This document shows positions 46,130 through 57,754 of a stretch of DNA of 64,000 bases, in pieces. The DNA lies in contig NW_005201240.1 in the NCBI RefSeq assembly GCF_000372725.1, positions 1 to 64,000 of the forward strand, given 5' to 3'. Made by a program: the position numbers and the translations under genes. The number at the start of each line of letters is the position of its first letter. The first letter of the stretch is position 1. The notes below the pieces were generated by a model. It was given only the letters and a program-made list of their open reading frames with translations, was not told the DNA's origin and ran no database searches. Origin of the DNA: Emiliania huxleyi CCMP1516. Lineage: Eukaryota.

Positions 46130-48637
46130 TCAGCCACGGGGTCGGGCGCCGCCGCGGCGTTTTCCGCCGAGGACTCGCCTACACGCAAGGGCAGTGGTGA
46201 GGCGGCGAGCAAGGGGCCGGGGCGGCCGCGAGCATAGCCGCACCGGGAGTTGGCTCCGGTGCGCCGCCGAAGTCCGCAGCGAACGCCGCCGGTGCGTCCT
46301 CATCGCCAAAGGCCGCGAAATCCGAGGCCGGGGCGTCGGACTTTGCCGAGACGTCCGCCACGTCAAACGCCGCAAAGTCCGACGCGGGCGCCTCGGCGGC
46401 GGGCGCCTCGGCGGGCGCGTCGTCGAACGCTGCAAAGTCCGGAGGCGACGCGTCGGACTTGGCCGGCGCCTCCGCCGCGTCGTCGAACGCTGCAAAATCC
46501 GACGCCGCAAAGTCTGCCGCGGGAGCCGCCGGCGCCGACGCGCCAAAGTCTGCGAAGCTCGCGGTGCCCCCGCCCGCGCCGAGTGGCTGCGCCGGCAGCG
46601 GCTCCGTGTCGAACTCATCGTCATCGAACGACGCGTCCCACTGCGCACTCGCGCCCCCCCCGCTGCCGTCCTGTAGCACCTGCGGCGCACGCGCGCGCGG
46701 CACGGTCACAGCGCGCGCGGCGCCCATACCTCGCCACATCGCAACGCATCTCCCCATCTCCCCATCTCCCCCCGCCTCGCCCCGCGCATCTCTCCGCGCC
46801 TCGTCGAGCTCGGCGCCCATGTCGTTGACAAAGTTGCGCTGCGAGAGCAGCTGCGCGAAGTGCTCGAGGTACGGGCCCTCGCCTATTGTCACCGCGCTCG
46901 CTCGTTCACCGCTCACTCATCAGTGATGGGCCGAGGTACTGGGCCCGCGCCGTCCGAGCCGCTGTCCTCGCCCGAACTCGAGTTCTCTTGCTGCGCGCGC
47001 AGCTGCGCCTGCAGCTGCAGGGCCCGCTCCAGCTCGCGCGACCCGTCGTACTCGTCGCCGTCCGAGTCCTCGTCCGAGGCGCGCTGCGGCATCTTGCCGC
47101 CGAGCGGCTTGGACTGGACGTTCTCCCAGGAGGCGAGCAGCCCCGACGGGCCCACAAACTCGTCCCAGCCCTCGACCGCCTCGAGCGCCGACGAAATGCT
47201 CTGCTCCCTCGCCGCCGCCTCGAGCAGCGCGCGCAGCAGCACCATCACATAGGCGTGCCCCGACGGCCGGACCGCCATCTCGCTCGAGGCGGTGGCGCAC
47301 TCCATGAGGCGCTGGGGCAGCTGCGCCTCGACCAGCAGCGAGTGGAGCACCTGCTCGCGCGTCGCCGCCGACTCGGCCGACTCGGCGCTCCGGTCCGACA
47401 GCACCACGTCGATGAGGGCCGCGGTCCGCATGTGCAGCGCGTTGCAGTGGTGCGGCAGCAGCAGCAAGTCGAGCACGACGTGGAAAAAGCCGAGCTGGCA
47501 GAGCGCTATCAGCGTCTCCGGCTCCTCGCGCCGCAGCGCCTCCTCGAAGAGGGCGAGCAGCTTGCAGCGCGTCACAGCCTGGGGCCGCGGCATCGCTCGC
47601 GCGCCCTTCTCGGGCAAGAAGCGGCTGATGCGCTCTGGCAGCTGCGCCGGCGTCGCGATGGCCACGAAGAAGGCGTCGACCGACTCGGCGACGCCACGCA
47701 GCAGGTGGTCCGCGCACGACGGGCTACTCGCCCCAATCTCGCGGCAGCGCACGAGCAGCCTCACCAGCACATCGAGCGCGGGCAGGTTGAGCCCGCCGCC
47801 GCCGCCGTTTGGGTGGCCGGCGGCGCCGAGGCACATCTTGAGCAGCGTCTCGCACCTCTCGCGGGCCTCGAGCTCGGGCTCGCAAAAGCAGGCGGGCAGC
47901 GCCGGGCTCGCCTCGAGCAGCGTGGTCAGCAGGGCCGACGCGTTCTGCGCGGCCTCCGGGTTGGGCGCCGCCAGCTGCTCGAAGAGCGCCGGCACCAGCA
48001 CCTCGTGCGGGATCCACGCCGCGGCGGGAGGCTGCAGCTGCTGCGCCATGCCCGGCTCCGCCATGACGGGCTCGCCCACGCAGAGCACCGTCAGCATCTG
48101 AAGCACCGCGTCGGAGCCGAGGTGCGCCATCAGCCTCTCCGTCAGCCGCGGCAGTGCCAGCTGCGAGCCGCTGTCGGCGGCCGCCGCGCCCTCCCACAGC
48201 GCAGAGAAGCTCGCGGCGAAGCTCTCGGGCGAGCACTTGTAGAGCGCGATGAGGACCTTGGCGGCGTAGCCGATGAGGACGGGCGGCAGCGGCGGCGACT
48301 GCTGCAGGATCGAGAGCAGCTTCTCGACCAGCCGGCTCGAGTCGGCGAGCAGAACCTCGTGGATCGAGTTTACGTCGCAGCTGAGCACCTCGGACGCGAC
48401 GTACGGGTACTTGAAGCGCCGCGCCTCGGAGTCGTCCTCCGCCGGCATCTCGATGACGTAGTCGATAAGCCTGGCGGCCGTCGCCGACTCGGTCAGGTAG
48501 TCGAGCAGCTTTGTGTTTTGCGACTTGCACTCCTGCAGCAAATCGTCCTCATCGAGCAGCTGCTCGAGGGTGAAGCCCTCCTCGCTGCTGAGCAGCGTGT
48601 CGATGGTCGACGTGCCCGCGTGCAGCGACCAGAACAT
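46130..48637 (-). CDS. SIT4-associated / PP6 regulatory subunit (SAPS family); 3' exons approximate
   Basis: MFW...FTLEQLLDEDDLLQECKSQNTKLLDYL...RFKYPYVASEVLSCD...HCNALH; acidic tail with DFAAF repeats. Confidence 0.88.
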
Positions 48638-48759
48638 GGTGCCGCGCCTTCAGGCGCACGGCAGCTCCCCTGTGCGCGGCCCGCGGCACAGGGGCGTCAG
48701 AGCGCGGACGCCGGACCTTGCGGAGAGCGGGTCTCTGCGCGCGCGCGCGGCGGGCGAAG

Positions 48760-49100
48760 GCGCAGCACGCGCTGGGTGGGGAGAGAGTGTGGGGCCGCGC
48801 GCGCGCGTCTCAGCCGCAACGCGAGCGAGGCAGACAGCAAGTTTATGGGGTCGAGCGCACCAGGCATTGAAAAGAAATAACCCGGCCGGGGCGTGGGTAC
48901 CAAAAAGGAGGGGTGGGGGAACGGACGCAAGGAAGAATTCTTTTCGAGAGGCTTCTCCACGCTCCGCTCGTCGACTCCCACGCTCTCGTCGACGGCGGAC
49001 ATGGGCTCGACGAAAGCGCGGCAACTCAGGCGAGCCAGGGAGCTGGCGGAGCAGCAGGCGGCGGCGGGAGCCGGAGCGGGAGCGGAGCCGCATCGTCCCG
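48760..49100 (+). pseudogene. Duplicated promoter and first ~33 codons of the downstream zinc-knuckle-TrmY gene
   Basis: Near-identical to 49669-50052, including ATG GGC TCG ACG AAA at 49001 versus 49916. Confidence 0.8.
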
Positions 49101-49915
49101 CTCCTGTGCCTCATCGCTCTCCTGTGCCCCACGAACCCTTGCACGTCTCGCGCGCGCGGCGCGCGTGAACAGGGCCGCGTGAACAGAGGGCGCACCGCGC
49201 CATTCGCTCTAACCTGGCAACCCCCTGTCTGCACGACTCGCGCGCGCGTGAATAGGGCGCTGCTGGATGAGGGGATGAACGCCGTGGTGCAGAACCCGTC
49301 TCCTAAAACTGTTACTACAGCCGTTTTGCTTTTGGGATACATTGGAGGAGGAGCAGGAAGGCAGGAGGGCTGTGTCGGAGCTCCGATCCTTGTCTCCGCC
49401 TCGGCTTGGCGGCATCGAGGAGGCAGCGACGGGCTAGATACAAAGGCACAATTCCCTTTTTAGTAACGTGCTAACAACTATCGAAATCGCACCCTACGCT
49501 ATCCTCCAAGCTTCGGACTTGCCCCACTCGGCCATGATCTTGTCGTCGTCGGTCTTGTTCCCCTCCTCGAGGTCGAGCCGGTTCCGGAAGCCGCCGCCCG
49601 TGCCGGTGATCGTCGGCGCGATCGGCATCGATGGAGGCAGCTGGAAGATCTCAGAGCCCGTCTTAGTCGCGCAGCACGCGCTGGGTGGGGACTGGGGAGA
49701 GAGTGTCGGGCGGCGCGCGCGCGTCTCAGCCGCAACGCGAGCGAGGCAGACAGCAAGTTTATGGGGTCGAGCGCACCAGGCATTGAAAAGAAAGAAAGGG
49801 ACCGGGGCGTGGGTACCAAAAAGGAGGGGTGGGGGAACGGACCGCAGGAAGACTTCTTTTCGAGAGGCTCTCCACGCTCCGCTCGTCGACTCCCACGCTC
49901 TCGTCGACGGCGGAC

Positions 49916-51269
49916 ATGGGCTCGACGAAAGCGCGGCAACTCAGGCGAGCCAGGGAGCTGGCGGAGCAGCAGGCGGCGGCGGGAGCCGGAGCGGGAGCGG
50001 CGGAGCGGCTGCCGCCGGCGGCGGGAGCGGCGGTAGCCGAGCCGCATCGTCCTGTAGCCGAGACGCAGCGTCCAGAGGCGGAGCCATCCTCCACGCCTCC
50101 CGCCGCGCCGCCGGGCAAGAAGCGCAAGCGCAAGGACAAGCCACCACCCGCCGCCGCGCCGCCCGAGGCCGGCTCGACCGTCGGGCCGTGCAACGTGTGC
50201 GGCCGCGTGGGCCACCTGGGCCGCACGTGCCCGACCCGCGCGTGCCGCAAGTGCGGCGGGTTTGGCCACATCGCGAAGCACTGCGCCGGGCCAAAGGGCG
50301 CCGGGTGCAGCCACTGCGGCTCGCAGCTGCACGCCGCGGCAGAGTGTACCTTTGGCGCTCTGCCGGGAGAGCGGTACCTCTTTTGCGCGCGCGAGGCGGA
50401 GGCGGGGGCGTGCGGCTGCTTCTCGCGCCACTTTGTGATTCCGATGCGGCTCGCGCGCACCGACTTTGCGCCGCGCGAGCTCCGCCAGGGCAGAGTGGAC
50501 TCGCGTGCTCGCGCTCTCCCATGCCACGCGTCCATGACGCGTCCAGTGCATGTCCACAGGCAGGATGGACGTCGGCTGCTCGTGCGTCTCTGCCGCGCTG
50601 TTCCGCTCGCAGAGCCTGCGGGGCAACACGTGCGTCTCGCTCTGCTTCAAGGAGGAGGCGCAGCGGCTCGAGGTGCGCGGCGCCTCGATCCGCCGACTCC
50701 AGCCCGACGACTTCTCGGTCGCGGTGCGGCTGCACGCGGCGATGGCCTCGCCTGCCGGGCCAGCGGACGGGGTCGGGCCGGGCGGCGAGGTGTGCGACGC
50801 GGCCGCGTACTCGCAGTCGGACCGGCGAGGCTTCCTGCTGAGGCCGGGCTCGACGGAGGAGGCCGTGCGGGCGGCGCTCGCGGAGAGCGACCCGCCGCCG
50901 GCCGTCCTGCTGCTGCACGCGCGCGGAGAGCCGATCGAGGCGGCGTGCGCGCGGCTGCAGCCGCTGCTGCGGCGGCAGGCCGGCGAGGGAGGCGCGGCGC
51001 GCGGCGTGGTGGTCGTGCTCGGCGACGACCGCGGCCTCCTCGACGACGACGAGGCGCTCGTCGCGAGGCTGGCGGGCGAGGCGGGCGCGCCGCTGCTGCG
51101 CGTCTCGCTGGGAGGTGTGGTGCTCTTCTCGTCGCACTCGATCGTGCTGCTGCACCACTACCTCGACAAGCTGCTGCACGCGTGCGCGCTCCGCCCCCCG
51201 CGTGACCTGCTCGCCAAGGCCAAGGGGGTGCTGGGAGGGCCCAGCTACAAGGGCTCGTACAAGGGCTAG
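49916..51269 (+). CDS. trmY: CCHC zinc knuckles fused to a TrmY-like (DUF358) SPOUT methyltransferase, 2 exons
   Basis: Three CxxCxxxxHxxxxC-type knuckles; RHFVI...GRMDV...AALFRSQSLR...LQPDD...VLGDDRGL...VSLGGVVLFSSHSIVLLHHYLD; GC-AG intron ~50490-50560. Confidence 0.8.
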
Positions 51270-51565
51270 CTGCACGTTCTCTGGCCGCTTGCCGTGTGTT
51301 TGCGCCCTGTCCTCTCATGCCCTGTGCGAAGTCCTGTGCCGTGTGCGCTGACCGCTGTGGTGTAGCTCGTAGCAAGTACTGGCATGGGGACCGATCGAAC
51401 TACGACCATCCGACCGTTTCTGATTTTTTCTTTGCGCGCGGCTGAAAACACCCCCTCACCCGACACGTTGGGGTATTTTCTACGGGGTGGCTACTCCGCC
51501 GCCCGCCGCCGCCTAACCCCGCTCAGACGGCCCGCAGGCTGGTCCCTTTCGCGGCGAGAACAACG

Positions 51566-52369
51566 TCACCCACCGCCTCCCGCGCCGCCGCCGGGCCCTC
51601 GCCGCAGGTTTACCAGGAATGGCAGGGAGAGCCGCTCTTGGCGGCCTCCGGGCACGGCGACGCGGTGCAGCACGGCGCACTCCATCGGCATCCGCTCGCG
51701 GAGCGGCGCGCTCTCGAGCCACTCGAGGCCCACCGTCAGGATGAGCGCGCCCTCCTCCCACGGCAGCTCGACGCACGCCCACTCGTCCTCGCGCGCCTCG
51801 CGCAGCTCGACGGCCGACGCGGTCGGCAGGCCGAGGCCGAGCACCTGCTCCGCCGTCCAGCGGCCGCCCTCGCCGCCCTCGCCGCCCTCGCCCTCCTCGC
51901 CCCCCCGCCCGTCGCGCGGCATCAGCACCTCGAGCCCCGGCCCGTTGGCCCACAGAAGCGTGAGCACCGTCGAGTCGATGTGCGCGCCGAGCCGCGGCGC
52001 CGCAGCCTCCCCGCCGCGCTGCGGGTAGCGCCGGAGGCAGAGCCGGCCCTCGAGCCGGCCTGCGCGCGCCTCCGCCTCGGCGTCCGACTCGACGCCCAGC
52101 GCGACTCGCAGCAGCCGCGCGCTCAGCCCGAGCAGCGCGGAACGCAGCTCCTCCGCCCGCTCGTGCAGCGGGCCGTCGAGCGCGAGCGCCTCCTGCTCCG
52201 GCTCGCCAGAGGCGCCGGCCGCGCGGGCGGCGGCGTGGTGCTCGCGCGCCGTATGCGCCAGCTCCGTGCACGCGCGCTCCAGCCCGTGCCCCTTGATTGC
52301 CAGCACCGGGCTGAGCGCGCCCCGCACGCCGGCGAGCGCGGCGCGAATCTCCGCGTCGGAGGAGCGCAT
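51566..52369 (-). CDS. 2-oxoglutarate/Fe(II)-dependent oxygenase (IPNS-like fold)
   Basis: LRRYP...LGAHIDSTVLTLL...GLEV...LHRV...ERLSLPF (HxD...H...RxS). Confidence 0.85.
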   Translation of the reverse strand: MRSSDAEIRAALAGVRGALSPVLAIKGHGLERACTELAHTAREHHAAARAAGASGEPEQEALALDGPLHERAEELRSALLGLSARLLRVALGVESDAEAEARAGRLEGRLCLRRYPQRGGEAAAPRLGAHIDSTVLTLLWANGPGLEVLMPRDGRGGEEGEGGEGGEGGRWTAEQVLGLGLPTASAVELREAREDEWACVELPWEEGALILTVGLEWLESAPLRERMPMECAVLHRVAVPGGRQERLSLPFLVNLRRGPGGGAGGGG

Positions 52370-52504
52370 GTCGAGCGTGGGAGGAACGACGGTGCGCCTG
52401 CTGCGGCGTGTTTCGAGCGCGCTGGTGGCGCAGGCCGCCACAGCGCAGCGCATACACACACACAAACACACAGCGAGCTACAGCGTGTAAACGGGAAGCC
52501 AAGA

Positions 52505-54190
52505 AGAATATAATAAGCAACCCGCGAGGCTGCGGGTATGAGCTGGGGCACACTACCGGCTGAGGAAGCGACCCGGAGGTGGATACGCTTGCGGCCGTCG
52601 GGGGGGGAGAGCGAGGCAGCTGCAGCCCAACGAAGGGCTCTTCGGTTCGCCCAGCCACCCCGCGGACTGATCGAGGCTGATCACCGCCCCAGGTGCCAGG
52701 ACGCTCTCGCCAGTGGAAGGGGGCTACCATCGGACGACGGCGAGCACTCACTCCAACTCGGGCTCGCAACGACTAGGCTGCCTCCCCCTGGGAGGGCCGG
52801 GGCGGCGAGGATACCCACGCAGTCCAGCCGGCGGGGCCACCCGCATCTCCGCCGATTGAAGTATCTGTTTGGGGTGGAAGCCATCGAGTTCATGGGCAGC
52901 TTAGAACAAGACTCCGTGGCCCGGCTCCTGGAGGAGGCGGGGGGTGAGGGCGACCACGAGGGGGAGATACGGGAGCCGTCGTGCCTCTTGCTGGCCCCGG
53001 TGGAGTCGACCGGAGACGGCAAGAAGGTGGGCTGGCCTGAGGGAGTCACCGCGGCCCGGATTCACGGATCCCTTGGCTGGAAAGGGGACGTAAACATCCT
53101 GCATCGGGAAGGGGAAGAGGACCTGGTGGTGGGAGTCGTCAACCCTACCGGCCGGATGATGCCGTACGAGAGACGTCGGGGAAAGAGAGGTCCCAGTGCC
53201 GTCTACCCGCGGCGGTCGCCCTGGTGGAACATGGCCTAGTCGACGTTCTCTACCTACCAGAGGCGAATGTGGATGCGAATGGGGTACGTGCGGTGGAGAC
53301 GTACATGACATCGGTGGAAGATGTCGAGGTGGTCGGGGCGCCCTCGTCTGCGGCCGTAAGCACCATGGAACAGATGGTTGCGGGGAGCCCGTTGCCGGCG
53401 CGGGTGTCCGGAGGGGCGCTAATGCTCCTGCGCGCGCCGCTAGCGAGGAGGATCCAGAAGGTGGCGTATTACTGTAGTGGGAGACTCCTCCATGTACATC
53501 TCAGCACAACAGACGGGAGAGACCTCCACCTCGTCGGGGTCTATGGGGTGAGCGCGCCGGAGAGCTCGGCTCAAAAGCGGCAGCTGGCGGCGGAGCTATG
53601 CTCGACCCTGACGACGCTTGTTCGGAGGCACGGGCAGGCCGCGACGATCGTTATGGGAGACTTGAATGTGGCGGCCTCGGCGGCGGACAGGTCGTCGGGG
53701 AGGCTCGAGGGTTACGACGAGGGGGCGAGCTCCCTGGTCCTCGCCCTGCGGCGCCTGGGCCTTACCGACTGCCATGAAGCAGCAGGGCCGGCGGCGATGG
53801 GGTTCACGTTCTGCCCAAAGGGGAGGGGAGTGTCACGCATCGACTGTGTATGGGCCAATGAGCCGGCGACGAGATGGTCGTCGGCCGAGCAACCTGCGCG
53901 GGCGGCAGTGGCGACCCGGGCGGGCCCCCTTCACGTGCCGGTGGTTGCAAGGCTGACGGGCTCCTTCCAATGGGGAGCCGGGCCAGGCATGGTAAGTGGG
54001 CCGCAGAGGGCAGTGGGGATTGGCCCAGCGGAGCGCCCCAGGCGGAGTCCCATGGGGGTGGAACGGCAGGGCCGATTCCGAGATCTGCTGACGGCCAACG
54101 AGGAGTACTCGGGCCGGGGTAGGGCTTTCATCGACGAAGTACGGGAACGGCACCTGCGACGTACACGGCGCGAGCGCAGCTACCTCGCGG
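52505..54190 (+). mobile_element. Degenerate non-LTR retrotransposon 5' part with APE endonuclease, 3'-truncated
   Basis: DVLYLPE, LVGVYG, IVMGDLN, LTD, FTF...SRIDCVW motifs; frameshift near 53220; no RT domain follows. Confidence 0.82.
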
Positions 54191-54220
54191 CTTGTGCCGT
54201 GGTCGCAAGCGAGCGGCGCC

Positions 54221-54970
54221 TCACGCGATGAGGGGCGGCGGCGGCGGCGGCGGCGCCTGCTGCTCCTCCACCATCTTGAGCAGCCGCTGCCAGCGGTTGC
54301 GGATGGCGTGCTCGGTGCGGCCGGGGATGCGCTGCGCGATGCGGTACCACTTGTGCCCGATCTCTGCGCACCGACGAGATGATGATCGCGTCCTCGGCCT
54401 GCGTCCACCCGATCCGCTCCGGCTTTGCTCCGCCCTCCTCCCCGCTCGCAGACGCGCGCCGCCGCACGGGCGGCGCAGCCGGGCTGCCTCCGTCGCCCGT
54501 GACGCCCGTGTCGCCCGCCGCGTTGCGGCCCGAGGCGCCGCCCTTGCTGAGCCCGGCCTTTGGCTCGCCCTCCTCTCCGCCCTTGAGCCGCGACCAGCGG
54601 TTGCGCACCGCGTCGTCCGAGCGGCCCTGCAGCTGTGAGGCGATGCGCCGCCAGCGGTAGCCGTACTGCCGCACGCCGTCCTTGATGATCTCGTCCTCCT
54701 CCGCCGTCCACTCCCGCCGCTCGAGCGCGTTGCGCGGCCGCGACCGCTCCGACCCGCCGCCGCCGCCGCCGCCGCCGCCGCCCGAGCCGGGCTGGCGAGG
54801 CGGCGGCGCGGGCGACGGCGACGGCTGTGGGGCCGCCGCCTCCGCGGCGCCGGCCGGCTCCGCGGCTTGCGGCGGGTCGGGGAGGGCGGGTTGGAGGGGG
54901 AGGACGGGCTCTCCCTCGTCACCGACGAAGTGGTCCTTGGTGAGCACGTTGATGCCGGGCGCCATCATCG
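54221..54970 (-). CDS. Myb-domain transcription factor with two Myb repeats, 5' incomplete; apparent 1-nt frameshift near 54368
   Basis: WTAEEDEII...YGYRWRRIASQLQGRSDDAVRNRW and WTQAEDAII...IGHKWYRIAQRIPGRTEHAIRNRW. Confidence 0.88.
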
Positions 54971-55522
54971 GCACGTGCGACTGCCGGGGGGGGGGGGGGG
55001 GGGTCAAAAGCGGGCAGGATGGGGGGTGGAGGGGAAAGAAGGGGGGGGGGGGGGGTCAAAAGCGGGCAAGATGGGGGGGGGAGGGGAAAAAAGGGGGGGG
55101 GGGGGGGCCAAAAACGGGCAAAAGGGGGGGGGGGGGGGCCGCCCCCGGGGATTTGTGTTTTTTGGGGGGGGGGAATTTTTTGGCCCCCTTTCGGGCTCCT
55201 CTTAAAGGGGGAAAGGATTCGGGGGACCCCCGGGGAATCCGGGGGGGGAAACGGGGGAAATTTTTGTATGCCCCGCCCCAAAAGGCGGGGGAAAATTGGC
55301 TCCAAAATTTCCCCCACCCGGGCCCCCGGGGGGGGACAACCACCCCCGGGAGGCCCCTCCCCCCCGGGACAAAGGTCCGGGCAGCTGCAGCTGCGGGAGC
55401 CAGTCAGTCAGGGGGGGGGGGGGGGGCCAGGCCAGGCAAGAAGAAAAAAGGCCCCAAAAAAGGGGGGAGGGGGGAGGGGGGGAGGACCTGTGTACGTGCG
55501 TGGTGTACAGGGGCGTGTCTAC

Positions 55523-56528
55523 TAGCTCCGAGTAGAGGGGGCGTTCTGAAGTTAAGGGGAAACCCGGTACACGGAGCCAACCCTCGGAGACCTGTGTTTA
55601 CTTTACGGCCCTTTCCCTGCGAACGCGCACCCCCCTAGCTAGGGGTCAGGGCTCTCTAGCCCGTAGCCCGATCCCGATCATCCGGCTCGCTGGGTGCGCT
55701 TCTCAGTTCCCCGGCCCTGGATGTGAGGCGAATGACTGCACTCCAAGTGCTCCAAGTTTACAACGAGCTCCCTCGCACAACACAGCGCACGGGACTGGCT
55801 CGCACTGGCACTAACACAGGTACACCACGGGAGCCGCCTAAGCGACTCCTGCGAGAGTGGCGAGGCACTTAGCTCCGTGCACCCGCCCACCCCCGCCACA
55901 GGCAAGCTCATTCACAACCTGCTCTGCGATTGCCGTGTGAAGAACGACTGAGATACGCTGCTTCTGCAGCCCCAGCCAATTCTTAGTGGTCCAAGAAGAA
56001 GAAATGCTGTGCGCGGAAAACGGTGGCATAACGGCGTGAGCCTTGGCCGCCTCTGTCAGTGTGCCCGTGATACAACTGTAGTGAGAGACTGCCAGTGAGA
56101 AGCCGGAGGAAGGTCGCTAGTCGAGAGAGATCGCCAGTGGAGTAGGGAGTCCACCGTGCTGCGAGCCTGTCGCTGACAACCCTTGAGCCTTGTCGGGAGC
56201 AGGAGAACTAGGAGAGCGCAACCAGTAGGAGGCCCGCGCCTGCCCCCGGTGCCGCCGGGTGCAACCTGTCCTATACGAGAGGGGGGGGATTCCTGGCACC
56301 TGGGACCCTGTCGTGTGGGTGAACCCTCAGCCCCCCTCCGTGTGACCGTGTCGCGATGCGCTCCAAGAGAAGGAGAAAGGTTTTCTAAAATCTCTCTGCG
56401 CTCCCCGCTCCCGTTCCTTCCCCTGTGTCCCTGATCGTCCTTACAAGATCTCCTGCCTGCTCCGTGCAGGTGGGGACCCTGTCCTTCTCCCACCCCTCGT
56501 TTGGTGTGATTTATGTTTTATTTATTTA
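55523..56528 (+). mobile_element. ~1-kb non-coding retroposon-like element with conserved 5' region and (TTTA)n tail
   Basis: 5' part matches 27620-27853 and 31331-31386; 3' part matches 6600-6680; ends ttttatttattta; TSD not visible. Confidence 0.6.
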
Positions 56529-56671
56529 CCCCATAAGAGAGAGCCTGGTGAAATTCTCTCTGGACCTAGCTGTTTGACGCTACCGCAGATCCCCGTATCC
56601 GCAAGGAGCCTGAACCCACTCCGTCTTAGTCATAGCGCTTGCCATCCAGAGACCGCGTAGGCCTGGGACAT

Positions 56672-57184
56672 ATGCCTCTCACCGCGGCCAGCAAGCGGCG
56701 GGCCATCAAGGTGGCGCTCCTGGGTTTGGTTGGCCTCACAATCGCCACGTACGCGCTCTCCGTCGAAACGCAGATGCACGAGCCCGGCTACGAGGCTGCG
56801 TGCGACATCGGCGCGGGCTTCTCCTGCACGGCAGTCTTCTCGAGCGAGTACGCGCACCCGCTCTCTCACTGGGGTCTGGTGAAGCAGGGCGACGCCCTCG
56901 ATATCGGCCTAGCAGTCGCCGGCATGGCGCTCTACTCCGCTTACTTTGTCGCCGCGTGCCTGTGGAGGTTGAACCTCGTCCCGTACCGGCAGCCGCTCTT
57001 CCTGGCGGTCGCGACCGCCGGCGCGTGCTTCTCCTGCTACCTGCTGTACGTCCTCAAGTTCATCCTTGGCGATTTTTGCATCGTGTGCACCGGCTTCCAC
57101 TGCGTCAACTTTTCGATGTTTGCAGTCGCGCTGTTTGAGTTCTTCGATAGCGGCACCAGCGGGAAGGGCGGCAAGCGTGCCTGA
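56672..57184 (+). CDS. VKORC1: Vitamin K epoxide reductase family protein
   Basis: YEAACDIGAGFSCTAVFSSEY...FCIVC active site; four hydrophobic segments. Confidence 0.92.
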   Translation: MPLTAASKRRAIKVALLGLVGLTIATYALSVETQMHEPGYEAACDIGAGFSCTAVFSSEYAHPLSHWGLVKQGDALDIGLAVAGMALYSAYFVAACLWRLNLVPYRQPLFLAVATAGACFSCYLLYVLKFILGDFCIVCTGFHCVNFSMFAVALFEFFDSGTSGKGGKRA

Positions 57185-57324
57185 GGACAGTGCTGCGCCC
57201 GGGGAGGGCGCCGGTGGTGGGGCTCGACGCTCCACCGAGCTATTGCTCTGTGACGGCCTGTGTGTGGGCTTTCGCTTGCTTCTCCACAGGGGGATGTACT
57301 GCAGAGTGGATCTTGTTGCGTCGT

Positions 57325-57754
57325 AAAATAAATAAATAAATAAAAACGGACACCTCTCTACTGTGAGATGGGTAAAAAGGAACAGGTCCCCGCCCTTGCG
57401 ATCTTTGTGCAGGGTTCTTTGTGGGTGTGGTCGCGGCGACTAGCCGGGGTCGTCCTCCCGATGGGGGACTAGCACTAGCCGTCTTCCACATGGTCCCTCG
57501 GGTCCCTGCTGCTCCTAATCTCTTCGTACATCCTCCTGCTGATCTCCGCAAAGTCCTGCTCCCTCCCTCGTCTCGCCCTGCGCGTCTGCTCCGCCTCACC
57601 GTCTTCTGCCCTGCGTCGTCTGGCGACGGGTCCTCCATAGTCGGTCGAGGTCGCCGCCCTCCTCGTGCCTCTTCCCAACGTTCCCTCGGCGGCCGATGCC
57701 GTCTGCTCCGGCTCCCCAGTCCCCGGGTCTGCCCTGCTCTCGTCTGCGCTAGTC
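57325..57754 (-). mobile_element. 5'-truncated non-LTR retroposon 3' end (430 bp) with (TTTA)n tail
   Basis: 14-bp TSD TCTTGTTGCGTCGT at 57311-57324 and 57755-57768; same family as 32168-32327. Confidence 0.9.

Noticed and set aside
46886..48880. 664-aa plus-strand ORF and similar long Arg/Pro/Ala-rich ORFs
   Set aside because: Antisense shadows of real genes caused by high GC3.
52515..52620. Possible ribozyme at the 5' end of the APE element
   Set aside because: Short stems are present, but I could not fit a hammerhead, HDV or twister core by eye.
54360..54375. Frameshift in the Myb gene as programmed recoding
   Set aside because: No slippery sequence; a sequencing error or disabled allele is more likely.
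54985..55485. Homopolymer-rich G/A/T block (similar at 2140-2255)
   Set aside because: Looks like low-quality read sequence after poly-G/C tracts; not interpretable.
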